Positions 7,601 to 17,057 of a stretch of DNA of 49,631 bases are shown one piece after another. The DNA lies in contig JAQGOU010000006.1 in assembly GCA_028293445.1 (NCBI GenBank), forward strand, positions 1 to 49,631, in the 5' to 3' direction. The stretch's first letter is position 1. Every line of letters starts with the position of its first letter. This DNA comes from Verrucomicrobiales bacterium. GTDB taxonomy: Bacteria; Verrucomicrobiota; Verrucomicrobiia; Limisphaerales; JACDHS01. A program made the translations under genes and the position numbers. Below the pieces are notes generated by a model. That model ran no database searches, was not told the origin of the DNA, and worked only from the letters and a program-made list of their open reading frames with translations.

Positions 7601-10070
7601 CAGGCGCGGTGAAAGTCAACAAGGCTCCTTCGCTCACGGTTTTGTTTCCAATCGCGGCCAACACGGGGGCGGAGTTTCCGGTGGAAATAACACTGACTTT
7701 GACAATTTCAAAATCTTGTCCGCCGAGCTGATCGGTGACGCGAACCGTAATGTTCCAGGTGCCCACTTGGCCTGCAGTCGGAGTCCAGGTGAACGCTCCG
7801 GTTTTCGGATGAATCGCTGCTCCGGCGGGAGCTCCTGCATCAAGGCTGTAAGTTAACGTGTTCTGTGCGATAACCGCAAAGTCGTCGAGATACACCGTAT
7901 AAGCGCCGCTGCCGCCCGCTGCGGATAACGCGACATGCTCAAGAACCCCCTTTACGGCAGCAACTGCACCATCACCCGTAAAGCCCTTCTGGCTTTCAAA
8001 GGGAATGTTGAAGGTCAACGTCGTCCAATTCGACGCCGTAATCGCATGGTTCGGAAGAGGCGCGCCGCTCACAACGTTTGTCACTCCAGCCCAATCGATA
8101 GTTCCGGTCGAGCCGCCGTTCGCACCGTAAGCGACGGCTGTGCCTGTCTCGCGCACACCAACGCCCACTTTCAATGCCTTTGTGGAGTAGAGCTTGAAGG
8201 AGAGCGCTTGGGCTCCATCGATTGTCGGGTTCGGGATATTCGGCACGTTGAACGTGTTTAGACGAACCCATTCATTCGTAGTTCCGGTTCTAAACGTCCA
8301 GCCTACTTTCATCACTTTGGCACTGCCGTTCCCAGTCGGACCGGTCGTTACTACCATGGTGTAGTTGGTCAAGGCTGTGTCGATAAAGGCACTTGTTGTT
8401 GCCGAGTTCGCTGGCTTGTTAAACATCACCGACTCGTTCGCCGAGTTGTGCGCGAAGCTTTCAAATGTCTGCCACGTCGTTGTTGTGACCGAATGATTCG
8501 GATCGGTCGAAGCAGCGGTGAACGCGAGCGGTTGGCCCGCGGTTACCTGCTTGGTCCCGATGGCTGACAAGACAGGAGGCGCAGCCGGTGTAGTCGCACT
8601 TGCGACATTGGAATAGGTCGAGTTGCCGTTGGCGTTGTACGATCGCACGCGAAAGTAATAGAGCGTATTCGCCGCGAGTCCCGTGCTTGCAAATGTCGTA
8701 GCGGCCGCGGCATTCGTCGCGATCTGCGTAAAGGTTACGTTGTCCGGAGACCGCTCAATTTTAAATCCAACTTCGCTGCTGGAATTGTCCGTCCAGGCTA
8801 TATCGATCTCGGACGAACTGACTGCGCTGGCGGTTAATGCGGTCGGCGCCTGCGGTGCCGTGATATCACTGGCCGTATTCGAATAGGCGGAGTTGCCGGC
8901 TAAATTGTAAGCACGAACGCGATAATAATAGGTCGTATTCCCCGCGAGTCCGGTATTCGAATATGTAACCACGTTTACCGCGGTCGTCGCTATTTGAGCG
9001 AAGGTGACGTTATCGCCGGACCGCTCAACTTTGAATCCCGTTTCGTTCGCCGAGTTTTGCGTCCAGGCAAGATTAACCTGGGAACTGGAAGCAGCCGTCG
9101 CCGTCAAAGCCGTCGGCGCCGCTGGCGGCACGTCGGCGGTTGTGGCGTTCGCCGTGTTGGAATAGCCAGAGTTGCCGGTCGCGTTATAGGCGCGAACGCG
9201 ATAGTAATATGTGGTCGCTGCGGATAATCCGGTATTCGGATAGGTGAGCACATTCGCACCTACCGTAGCGATTTGCACGAATGTCCCCGCAGCGGCGGGC
9301 GCGCGTTCGATTTTAAAACCGGTTTCGATGCCGGAGTTATCTGCCCATTTCAAATTGATCTGCGTTGTGGAAGCTGCTGTTGCCGTCAAGGAGCTCGGTG
9401 CCGAAGGGGTCGAAACCGTTCCTTTAACAAGGTCTACGTATCGGGTCCAATCCCAGTAGGCGCCGGGATCGGTATGGTCGTTGCAGTTGATGAAGGCGTC
9501 GCTATACCCTTGCCCCGACATCCAGGTGCGCCATGCCGAAATACGTTTTTGATCGTGACCGATGATGTGGTTGCGGTCTTTTGCAAGAGAGTACTTGTCG
9601 CAGACGTGCCGCGTAGCGAGGGAGGACGTGTTATACATGGCGTCCGTAAACCATGCCGGATTGCTCACAAAGCCTTCATGCTCCGTGCCGTGGCAATATT
9701 GATTCCAACAGCGCGCGCCCCAGGAATAATAGGCTTCGCGCACCATCTGTGTGATTTCACCCGCTGCATAATCCGAGCTCGTGTCCTTTTTGCCATTAAC
9801 GCAATAGGTCATGCTTACCATCGTGCTGGATCTCTGAAAATAAGAGATGGTCGAAGCGTAATATCCCTCCATATCGTGCTCGACCATGAAGCGATGGCCA
9901 TAGCCCGTTGTATACCAGTGGCCGGAATAGGCCGATCGCCATACCGCCGGGGCGTAATCCGTGCTCGCGTTCACTCGAAGAACGCCGCACAAAATACTTA
10001 TCAGCAACAGGAGTTTTAGGACTTTATTCGCGCCGTAAAAACGCGCGACCGCGGATGTGGTGGTTTTCAT
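4680..10070 (-). CDS. Secreted multidomain N-acetylmuramoyl-L-alanine amidase (Amidase_2 + 3 FN3 + putative Ig/cadherin-like repeats + 3 copies of a ~200-aa domain)
   Basis: Signal peptide; HDMEG, TEHEGF, IIGH and HTDPG amidase motifs; LxWxDNS and YYYRVRAYN FN3 repeats; TYSLDAGAP...GAFTWTP repeats. Confidence 0.88.
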   Translation of the reverse strand: MKTTTSAVARFYGANKVLKLLLLISILCGVLRVNASTDYAPAVWRSAYSGHWYTTGYGHRFMVEHDMEGYYASTISYFQRSSTMVSMTYCVNGKKDTSSDYAAGEITQMVREAYYSWGARCWNQYCHGTEHEGFVSNPAWFTDAMYNTSSLATRHVCDKYSLAKDRNHIIGHDQKRISAWRTWMSGQGYSDAFINCNDHTDPGAYWDWTRYVDLVKGTVSTPSAPSSLTATAASTTQINLKWADNSGIETGFKIERAPAAAGTFVQIATVGANVLTYPNTGLSAATTYYYRVRAYNATGNSGYSNTANATTADVPPAAPTALTATAASSSQVNLAWTQNSANETGFKVERSGDNVTFAQIATTAVNVVTYSNTGLAGNTTYYYRVRAYNLAGNSAYSNTASDITAPQAPTALTASAVSSSEIDIAWTDNSSSEVGFKIERSPDNVTFTQIATNAAAATTFASTGLAANTLYYFRVRSYNANGNSTYSNVASATTPAAPPVLSAIGTKQVTAGQPLAFTAASTDPNHSVTTTTWQTFESFAHNSANESVMFNKPANSATTSAFIDTALTNYTMVVTTGPTGNGSAKVMKVGWTFRTGTTNEWVRLNTFNVPNIPNPTIDGAQALSFKLYSTKALKVGVGVRETGTAVAYGANGGSTGTIDWAGVTNVVSGAPLPNHAITASNWTTLTFNIPFESQKGFTGDGAVAAVKGVLEHVALSAAGGSGAYTVYLDDFAVIAQNTLTYSLDAGAPAGAAIHPKTGAFTWTPTAGQVGTWNITVRVTDQLGGQDFEIVKVSVISTGNSAPVLAAIGNKTVSEGALLTFTAPATDPDVGQTRTYSLDAGAPSGAAIDGASGAFTWTPTEAQGPGSFPLTVRVTDNGSPNSNDFETITVTVLEVNVAPVLATISTQTINELSTLSVTASATDSDLPANGKTYSLEAGAPAGMTINAASGAISWTTTEADGPDTYPVTVRVTDNGSPALFARQSFNVVVNEVNIAPVLNVNTTVTTITNIATFETLSDGTYNGTVLFHQPSYSSTTSGFLDTTTANTTSVEGTFPAGNISSRVLWANFSFKTNVTNPWLRLSTFNASTLPNPTINLNQRVRFDVYTDKALKIALGVRETATGANYGENGGTTGSLEFVGSSGALGTGPNPTHTVAAGVWTTLEFNLPSEATSAFTGNGVLATGKGVLEHLALVPAGGMGVYNAYFDNFQVVSVTTNLVVDTGTSLSFTASATDADLPGQNLTFSLGTNAPAGSEIDPATGVFSWTPDSIQGPSTNVITVTVTDDGPGNLSDSKNVTIVVNKVNTPPRLGGFPDQAVEIASGEVVLLQGEAEDDDLPANTLTFSLQGTPPVGATIDPSTGLFTWPSSGGYSTNIITIRVTDNGVPPLYDEKDITIIISATNAPPVLTLGSATVTETVVDYQTFSSGTSSGIVMFRQPTFAPGMSGFLNTTPNLTSVTNTYPAGHTSTRVMFATFNFKTGTTNPWVRLTTSDAQFVPNPTIDLGQTVRFDIWSDKALKVGLGLRETGGTAEIGANGGVSGNIEFVGVTNVVGGAPFPNRQLVASNWTTLTFNLPAEACRSMTGNGVLASGKGVLEHLALVPAGGTGTYKVYMDNFQVVTTASLSSPVTVKAGSTINFTATGVNPDAYVGELLGFTIDADAPTNAVMDEATGAFSWTPDATFAGTTNLITVTVQDAPTNGSSPKADSKDITVVVIADSVGALSVDGGDIVSSDETATLTWNAIVGKTYQVQYKESSEGTAWVSLNAPITATQATESVAVSNATKERVYRIIEVDTASSNE

Positions 10071-10144
10071 TTTCGTTTTAGTTCCTGAATTGGGTGTTCA
10101 GAAACAATAGGTTTTTTAACAACTGTTGCGGGATAAGTGTAGGT

Positions 10145-10174
10145 CTTATACTACGTCGAAAGCTCTTTTGTCAA
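10145..10174 (-). promoter_or_regulatory. Putative sigma70 promoter of the amidase gene
   Basis: Minus strand TTGACA-N18-TATAAG, about 75 nt before the ATG at 10070. Confidence 0.5.
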
Positions 10175-10305
10175 TAGGGCTTATAGAATATATGGAAAAA
10201 TATTGCCTTTCGGCCTTCGTGTGTAGTAAACAGCCTATGCGCTTTGACGGGGGGCGGTGATGGACAAGATCTTCTATCGCATCGTACACTACGAGCACCT
10301 TTCCC

Positions 10306-11595
10306 ATGAAGCGCATACAAACAACGGCGTCGCGTGTTGCGATCAAGAAAAAGAACCGGGCGCCGAGCCAAATCTCAAAGGAAGCATTCTTGAACCTGGG
10401 ACAAAAGTTAAGTTCAGCGAATACGGCAAAGGACGCCGCTCGCATCATACTGAAAGCCGCAGATAAACTTCTCGGATGGGAATGCGCGTACCTCTACGTT
10501 TATTCGCCTCCCGAAAGACGCATTTATCCCGTTCTCCTGGTTGACATCAAAAACGGTCGCAAGGTGGAGTTTCCTTCAACCTATACTCCCTATAAACCGA
10601 CCGCACTCGTCCAACGCGTTCTCTCGGGCGGTGCTCAACTCATCCTGCGAACTAAAAAAGATTTATCCTCGCACGGCATGATTCCCTTCGGTGATACAAG
10701 CCGGCTCTCGGCTTCCATTATGATCGTGCCGATTCGACGGAAAACCCGAATCACCGGTTTTCTCTCCATCGATAGTTACGCGCACAATGCCTACGACGCG
10801 GAGGACCTGGAGACACTGCAATCGCTCGCCGATCATTGCGGTGGCGCGCTGGAACGCATCGCGGCGCAAGAGGCGCTTCGCGAAAATGAACAAAAGCTTC
10901 GCGCCCTGGCAACGAGGTTACAAACGGTGCGTGAGCAGGAAAGCCTGCGGATGGCCCGGGAAATTCACGACGAGATGGGCCAGGCGATGACAAGTTTGAA
11001 AATCGATTTGCTCTGGCTGGAAAAGAAAATTGCAGCGTCCGAGAAGGGGATCGAGCCCCTGGTGAATCGAATTCACTCCATGGTTGAGGTCACGGACACC
11101 GCAATCAAAAGCGTGCGGAAAATTTGTACGGAGCTTCGACCCCGCATTCTTGATGACTTAGGTTTGGTCGCCGCGATCGAATGGCAGGCACGCGAGTTTG
11201 AACGCAGAACGGGCCTCGCCTGCAAAATCCGTGTGCCGAAGAAACCGCTTTCTCTCGACGCGGAGCGGGCAACTGTCGTCTTCCGCATTCTTCAGGAAGT
11301 TCTGACCAACGTGGCGCGACATGCCTCCGCGCATCAGGTGTCAATTGCACTGCGGGAGGCTGAAAGCAACGTGACGCTTTCGGTTCAGGACGACGGTCGT
11401 GGCATTTCTGAAGCAGAAGTCGGCAGCACCAAATCGCTCGGCCTTTTGGGGATGCGTGAACGGGCTTTTGCCTTTGGCGGTGAAATTAAAATCACTAGTG
11501 CCCGCAATAAAGGAACAGCCGTTTCCGTAAGAATTCCGTTGCATTCGAAAACTAATGGCTCAGTTTTGAATCATGAAAGTCCTGATCGCCGATGA
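10306..11595 (+). CDS. GAF-domain sensor histidine kinase (HisKA_3/NarX-like)
   Basis: GAF region, H-box MAREIHDEMGQ, QEVLTNVARHA, DDGRG, GLLGMRERA. Confidence 0.93.
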   Translation: MKRIQTTASRVAIKKKNRAPSQISKEAFLNLGQKLSSANTAKDAARIILKAADKLLGWECAYLYVYSPPERRIYPVLLVDIKNGRKVEFPSTYTPYKPTALVQRVLSGGAQLILRTKKDLSSHGMIPFGDTSRLSASIMIVPIRRKTRITGFLSIDSYAHNAYDAEDLETLQSLADHCGGALERIAAQEALRENEQKLRALATRLQTVREQESLRMAREIHDEMGQAMTSLKIDLLWLEKKIAASEKGIEPLVNRIHSMVEVTDTAIKSVRKICTELRPRILDDLGLVAAIEWQAREFERRTGLACKIRVPKKPLSLDAERATVVFRILQEVLTNVARHASAHQVSIALREAESNVTLSVQDDGRGISEAEVGSTKSLGLLGMRERAFAFGGEIKITSARNKGTAVSVRIPLHSKTNGSVLNHESPDRR

Positions 11596-12202
11596 CCACG
11601 ATGTGGTGCGGCGCGGCCTCAAACAAATTCTGGAAGAAGAGTTTCACGCCATCAAGTTTGGCGAAGCCCGCAACGCCGAAGAAGCCATCGCCCTTGCCTC
11701 AAAGCAAACCTGGGACGTTGTCATTCTCGATATCAATATGCCGGGCAAAAGCGGTTTCGAAGCGATGAAAGAAATTCGCGCCGCTCGACCGAAGCTGCCG
11801 ATTCTCATTTTAAGTGTTCAACCCGAAGATCAGTATGCCATTCCTGTTTTGAAGGCTGGCGCTTCCGGTTACCTCACCAAAGACAGCGCGTCGGCCGAAT
11901 TGGTCAACGCCTTCAAGAAAGTTGCTTCCGGTGGAAAATACGTCAGCCCGAGTATCGCGGAGAAGCTCGCCTCTTCCCTGACGGACGCGCGGGACAAGGC
12001 GCCACACGAGTTGCTGTCCGTTCGTGAATTTCAAGTGATGCGTTTGCTTTCCTCGGGCAAGACGCCGAGTCAAATTGCTTCCGAACTTAAGTTGAGCGTT
12101 CAGGCGGTGAGCACTTATCGCAGCCGGATTTTGCAAAAACTTAAGATCACGAACAACGCCGACCTTGTTCGCTACGCCATGCAAAATGGTCTTGTGCACT
12201 AG
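11573..12202 (+). CDS. NarL/LuxR-family response regulator
   Basis: VLIADDH, LDINMPG, GYLTK, LSVREFQV HTH; overlaps the kinase stop. Confidence 0.95.
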   Translation: MKVLIADDHDVVRRGLKQILEEEFHAIKFGEARNAEEAIALASKQTWDVVILDINMPGKSGFEAMKEIRAARPKLPILILSVQPEDQYAIPVLKAGASGYLTKDSASAELVNAFKKVASGGKYVSPSIAEKLASSLTDARDKAPHELLSVREFQVMRLLSSGKTPSQIASELKLSVQAVSTYRSRILQKLKITNNADLVRYAMQNGLVH

Positions 12203-12311
12203 ACAGCTCAATTCATCCATTCACCGTATCCGGCTCCGTTTCCGCGATTGCAAATTACCACGGCGCACCTTACAAAGTCAGCGCGCCCCGAACTCACGAA
12301 ACATAAAAGCT

Positions 12312-13268
12312 ATGAACCGTATCGTACAAACATTGGCTCTCATCTCTCTCGTCTCCACGGCGGCGTTTGCCGAGGAGCTAAAATATTCCATCGCTCCGAA
12401 TTTCTTTGAACAGACTCCCGGTGGCCAGACGCTTGGCGCTTGTCATGGCGGCACAGTCATCGATAAGGCCGGCAATATATATGTCAGCACCGATACAGAT
12501 CGCGGAATCGTCGTCTTTTCGTCCAAAGGCAAATTCCTGCGCGCGTTCGGTCCACCGCGCATTCACGGTTTGGAACTTCGCGCCGAAAAGGGCGGAGAGG
12601 TTATCTATGCCGCGCGTCCGTCGGATCACGAAGTGATCAAGCTCAAGCTGGACGGCACGCAGGAATGGTCCATCCCGTTTCCGAAAGAAGCGGGCCACTA
12701 TCAAAACGCCGATGGCTATAAACCTTGCGCGGTCACCGTTGGGCCCGACGGTTCGATTTTTGTGGCTGATGGTTACGGCTCCAACTACGTGCTGAAATTC
12801 GATAAAGACCGCAAGTTCGTGAAGAAGTTTGGCGGAGCCGGCCCTGAGGAAGGCAAGTTCAACACCTGTCACGGTATCGCTCTGGATACGCGCGGAACTA
12901 AACCGCTCCTGCTCGTTTGCAATCGCAATAATAATCGCGTCGAATATTGGGATCTCGAAGGTAATTTTGTGCGTGTGATCCAAAAGGATTTGCGCATGCC
13001 CGCGGCAGTGCAGATCCGCGGCGACTACGCGGTGTTTCCTGAGTTACAAGGTCGCGTCACAGTGTTGGACAAAGAAGGAAAGATTGTCGCACAAGTTGGC
13101 GACAATCCGATTGCCACCCAGCGTGCCAACTACGGTTTGCCTAAAGACCAATGGAAGGACGGTATCTGCAACTCGCCACACGGCGCGGCCCTGGACAAGA
13201 AAAACAATATCATTGTGTCGGAGTGGAGTTTGTTCGGCCACCTGCATAAGTTTGTTCGCGCAAAATAG
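12312..13268 (+). CDS. Secreted NHL-repeat beta-propeller (PAL-like)
   Basis: Signal peptide from ATG 12312 (MNRIVQ...AFA); IFVADGYGSNYV, FNTCHGIALD, CNRNNNRV, SPHG. Confidence 0.8.
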   Translation: MNRIVQTLALISLVSTAAFAEELKYSIAPNFFEQTPGGQTLGACHGGTVIDKAGNIYVSTDTDRGIVVFSSKGKFLRAFGPPRIHGLELRAEKGGEVIYAARPSDHEVIKLKLDGTQEWSIPFPKEAGHYQNADGYKPCAVTVGPDGSIFVADGYGSNYVLKFDKDRKFVKKFGGAGPEEGKFNTCHGIALDTRGTKPLLLVCNRNNNRVEYWDLEGNFVRVIQKDLRMPAAVQIRGDYAVFPELQGRVTVLDKEGKIVAQVGDNPIATQRANYGLPKDQWKDGICNSPHGAALDKKNNIIVSEWSLFGHLHKFVRAK

Positions 13269-13345
13269 GTCTTAATAATTCGAGCAACGCAGCTTTCCGT
13301 TCCTTATCGAAATCGACTGCTGCGTGTTCTTCACTTTCGAATCGC

Positions 13346-14224
13346 ATGTCTGGTTGCCGCAAAGTTTTGCTCGGTTCATTGATCTTACTATTCATTGGCA
13401 TTCAACTCTCCGTTGCTGCTGAAGCGATCAAACACCGGCTCATTCTTTGCGAATATCCACAACGCATCATCGAAGTTTCTGCCGAAGGGAAACTGACGTG
13501 GGAGCATCAGACGCCGAGCGTCATGGTGATGTGCGAGGTGTTCACCAATGGAGATATTCTCTACGCCTGCGGAGGTTCTCCCAGTGGTGCGCAACGCGTC
13601 AACCGGGATCACAAGGTTTTATGGAATTACGTCAGCTCCTGTCCACAGGTGATGGCTCTTTCTGCGTTACCGAACGGCAATGTGTTACTCGGCGAACAAG
13701 GACCTTGCAGAGCCGTCGAAGTGACCGCGAGCGGCCAGGTAGCGCACACGGTGGATTTGATCACCAGCGAAAAGGAGTTCCATCGTCAGCTGCGACACCT
13801 GCATCAACTGGCAGATGGGCATATTCTGGCCTGCCACGAAATGGAGGGTGCGGTGCGCGAATACACCTCAGATGGAAAAATGGTTTGGGAATACCTTGGC
13901 GTTCCTTCCGTCTTCGAAGCCCTGCGACTGAAGAACGGGAACACATTGATCGCCTGTGGCACGCAAAAACGCGTCATCGAAGTAAGTCCCGAAAAGAAAA
14001 TCGTCTGGCAATTCGGCGCCGAGGACGCACCGGAGTTGAATCTGACGTGGATCACCAGTTTGCAGCAGCTCAAGAATGGTAATTTCGTGATCGGAAACTT
14101 TTTGCGAGGCCAGGAAGGGAAGGGCGCGCACGCCTTTGAAGTCACGCGGGAGAAAAAAGTCGTTTGGACCTTTGCGGATCATCATTTGGCAAAAACCGTT
14201 ACCGAAGTGCGCGTCCTTGAGTGA
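13346..14224 (+). CDS. Secreted beta-propeller (PQQ/arylsulfotransferase-like repeats)
   Basis: Repeated LxNGNxLI...EVxxxGKxVW motifs; signal peptide. Confidence 0.75.
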   Translation: MSGCRKVLLGSLILLFIGIQLSVAAEAIKHRLILCEYPQRIIEVSAEGKLTWEHQTPSVMVMCEVFTNGDILYACGGSPSGAQRVNRDHKVLWNYVSSCPQVMALSALPNGNVLLGEQGPCRAVEVTASGQVAHTVDLITSEKEFHRQLRHLHQLADGHILACHEMEGAVREYTSDGKMVWEYLGVPSVFEALRLKNGNTLIACGTQKRVIEVSPEKKIVWQFGAEDAPELNLTWITSLQQLKNGNFVIGNFLRGQEGKGAHAFEVTREKKVVWTFADHHLAKTVTEVRVLE

Positions 14225-14420
14225 ATGCGTTAGAAATAATTGGCGACCAAGCCAGGAATAATTCCGGCGCTAATTTGCCCACGAAAGCTTTCCCCTCTTT
14301 TTTCTCCGGGCGAAAAAGCGGGAGCTTTTAAGCTCTCCCGAAACTGGCTCCGTTTCTGTTTTGCCTCGGATCCTTTCCACGGACGAAAGTTGCCAAAAAA
14401 TCGACTCGATTTAGCCTCCC

Positions 14421-14780
14421 GGAAAAAATTCCGCTAAAAATCCGGACCTTTTGCACACACTCAAAAACTTTCCGCTAAAAAAATATGAGATTTGCACTGT
14501 GTGCAAAAACTTCCGCTAAAAAAATAAAAGTTTTGCACACACCGGAAAACCTTCGGCACGCGGATAACTTTTTTGCACACACTTAAAAACATTCCGCCAA
14601 AAAAATATAAAATTTGCACTGTGTGCAAAAACTCCCGCTAAAAGAATAAAAGTTTTGCACACTGTGCAAAATGTTCCGCGAAAAAAATAAAAGTTTTCTA
14701 CTGTGTGCAAAAGTTCCGGCGAAAAAGTTTTTTCTTTTCAACTCAGTGGAAAAAATTCCGCTAATTAGCGGAATTTTTTT
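14421..14780. repeat. Degenerate tandem array, about 41-bp period, about 9 units, ending in a 30-bp perfect palindrome
   Basis: CCGCTAAAA-like anchor at 14431, 14472, 14513, 14554, 14594, 14635, 14676, about 14716, 14758, alternating with TTTGCAC..GTGCAAAA. Confidence 0.92.
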
Positions 14781-14952
14781 AGGGAGGTGCAAACCAACCA
14801 GCGACAAGGACTTAGAGATTTTGACCAGTTTTGCGCTGTGAAAAATCGAAAATGGCAGGATTTCTTCCGGTAACGTTATCGGGAGTTCGTCGTGTCGCGG
14901 TTCACCCGTGGAAAATTTCACCGGCATTTGCGGCGGCACACGGCGTAATAAA

Positions 14953-16398
14953 CTAATTCATCTTCTTCCGTTTATAATCCGGATTGGACGCCGGGCTTTG
15001 GGCTCCTACGTTTTTCAACCAGTCGTGCAGAAGCAATTTCAATTCCTCCGTTTTTTCGGGCATTGTCGTCGAAAGGTCCTTTTTCTCGGAAGGATCCAGG
15101 TTCAAATTGTACAGTTCCGCGTGCTTGTCTTCGTAGTATTCCAACAGCTTCCAATCCCCGGCACGCACAGCGCTCACTGGACCTGTGGTTTGATAATAAT
15201 GCGGGAAGTTGAAGAAGAGTTCCTCGCGCGCTTGCGACCCTTTTTCATTTTTTAAAAACGGCAACAGGCTCGTCCCATCTGCGGATGTGTTCTTAAGATT
15301 TGCGGCAGCCGCGATCGTCGAATATAAATCTGTCGAAATCACGGGTGCGGAACAGACTTTTCCGGCGTGCGTCACGCCGGGGCACCGAACAATCAACGGA
15401 ACCCGAATGCCGCCTTCATAGAGCGAACCTTTCCCGGATCGAAGCGGGTAATTATCGGTGACCTGCTGCTTATCCCATCTACCGATGTAACCGCCATTGT
15501 CAGAGGTGAAGATGACCAGGGTGTTTTCTTCCGCGCCACACGCCTTCAATTTCGCCAGCACGCGGCCGACACTATCGTCCAGGCTCTGAATCATGGCTGC
15601 ATATTTGGCGTTACGATGATGCAGGCTGGGATTCGCTTTGAGTTTCTCCGCGTATCGTTCAACGTATTCCGGCTTCGCCTCCACCGGTGTGTGCGGCGCG
15701 TGATGCGCCAGATAAAGGAAAAATGGTTTCGCCTTTGCATCGTCGATGACCCGCATTGCCTCATCCGTCAGGCGGTCGCTCAAATATTCGTTGGTGTTAC
15801 CGAATTCCAGATGCGGGACATAACGGAAGCCGTCGCCCCAGGTATTCGAACCGCGATACGGAAAGAAATAGGTTTCAGGCGCGCCCCAATGCGTACCACC
15901 GATATTCGCATCAAAGCCAAACCCTTCGGGATAGTGCGATGCGTCCCCCAGATGCCATTTGCCGACGAGCGCGGTGACATAGCCCGCGTCATGAAGCACC
16001 GCGGCAATTGTCTTCTCTTCTAGAGGCAGATTGCCGATGGCAACAGGAGGAACAAGCTTTTGATTTCCGGCGGACTGCAATGTCGCTTCAAACCAAGTCG
16101 TCATATGCAGGCGCGCGGGATGTTTGCCCGTTAGAATGCTGGCTCGCGTTGGCGAACAGACCGGCGACGCGCTGTAACAATCAGTGAAGCGAACGCCTTC
16201 GCTCGCGAGACGATCAATATTCGGCGTCTCCACCAAATCCCCGCCATAACAACCCAGATCAGACCAGCCCAGGTCATCAGCCAGAATGAGAACGACATTC
16301 GGCGGTCTGCTTGCGGCGGGCGACGCGATCACCACGCTGAAAAGAAACGCCACGACCATGCAGGGCGTAATGAGGACGCGCGGTGAAAGCCAAGGCAT
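14953..16398 (-). CDS. Sulfatase (S1, formylglycine-dependent)
   Basis: PNVVLILADDLG, CSPTRASILTG, GKWHLG, SDNGG, KGSLYEGGIRVP. Confidence 0.96.
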   Translation of the reverse strand: MPWLSPRVLITPCMVVAFLFSVVIASPAASRPPNVVLILADDLGWSDLGCYGGDLVETPNIDRLASEGVRFTDCYSASPVCSPTRASILTGKHPARLHMTTWFEATLQSAGNQKLVPPVAIGNLPLEEKTIAAVLHDAGYVTALVGKWHLGDASHYPEGFGFDANIGGTHWGAPETYFFPYRGSNTWGDGFRYVPHLEFGNTNEYLSDRLTDEAMRVIDDAKAKPFFLYLAHHAPHTPVEAKPEYVERYAEKLKANPSLHHRNAKYAAMIQSLDDSVGRVLAKLKACGAEENTLVIFTSDNGGYIGRWDKQQVTDNYPLRSGKGSLYEGGIRVPLIVRCPGVTHAGKVCSAPVISTDLYSTIAAAANLKNTSADGTSLLPFLKNEKGSQAREELFFNFPHYYQTTGPVSAVRAGDWKLLEYYEDKHAELYNLNLDPSEKKDLSTTMPEKTEELKLLLHDWLKNVGAQSPASNPDYKRKKMN

Positions 16399-16451
16399 GC
16401 GAGGAACTTAGAACGCCACGCGGAAGTTGTTCAATTTGATTTGTGCGCGAT

Positions 16452-17057
16452 CTACTGCAGCACGATGGTCCGAAAAGTTAGATTGATCCTCGGCGTTTTG
16501 ATTTTCGTCGCCTTCGGCAGGCGGTGCTGCCAGTGGGTTTGCGTGGCGTCTTTCATCATGAGCAGGCTGCCTTTCTCAAGGACCACGGACACCACCTGCT
16601 GGGTTTGTTTGTGTTTGAAACAAAATTTCCGTTCTGCACCGAAACTGAGTGATGCGATGCTGGTGTTTTTGCCGAGCGCCTTTTCGTCGTCGCTGTGCCA
16701 CGCCATGCCTTCGTTCCCGTCGTGATAAAGATTCAACAGACATGAATTGAAGGTTGTCGCGGTGAGTTTCTCCACGCTTGATTTGAGGGTCACCAATTCT
16801 TTAGTCCAAAGCCGCGCCTGTTTGGTACTGCCCGAATAGGTATAAAAATATTCGGCGTCGCCATACCAGGCTACCTTCCGCGCGGTGACAATATGTTTGC
16901 CGAAAATATTTGCCTCGTCGTTCTTCCACGCAATGGTGTCCAACAACGCCTGAAAATAGTTCTCCGCTTGCTGCTCGCTGAAGATTGGCCCGTAATAATT
17001 CACGGTGCCGTCACACGGCAACAGATTGACGCTCGGCTCGCTCGCAAACAGGTTCAT
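16452..17057 (-). CDS. alkB: AlkB-family 2OG-Fe(II) dioxygenase (ALKBH2/3-like)
   Basis: NSCLLNLY, WHSDDE, WQHRLPK, RINLTFR; ATG 17057 overlaps the ada stop (ATGA). Confidence 0.92.
   Translation of the reverse strand: MNLFASEPSVNLLPCDGTVNYYGPIFSEQQAENYFQALLDTIAWKNDEANIFGKHIVTARKVAWYGDAEYFYTYSGSTKQARLWTKELVTLKSSVEKLTATTFNSCLLNLYHDGNEGMAWHSDDEKALGKNTSIASLSFGAERKFCFKHKQTQQVVSVVLEKGSLLMMKDATQTHWQHRLPKATKIKTPRINLTFRTIVLQ

Noticed and set aside
14516-14939. Minus-strand ORFs across array B
   Set aside because: Phe/Lys-biased translations of a non-triplet repeat with no protein features
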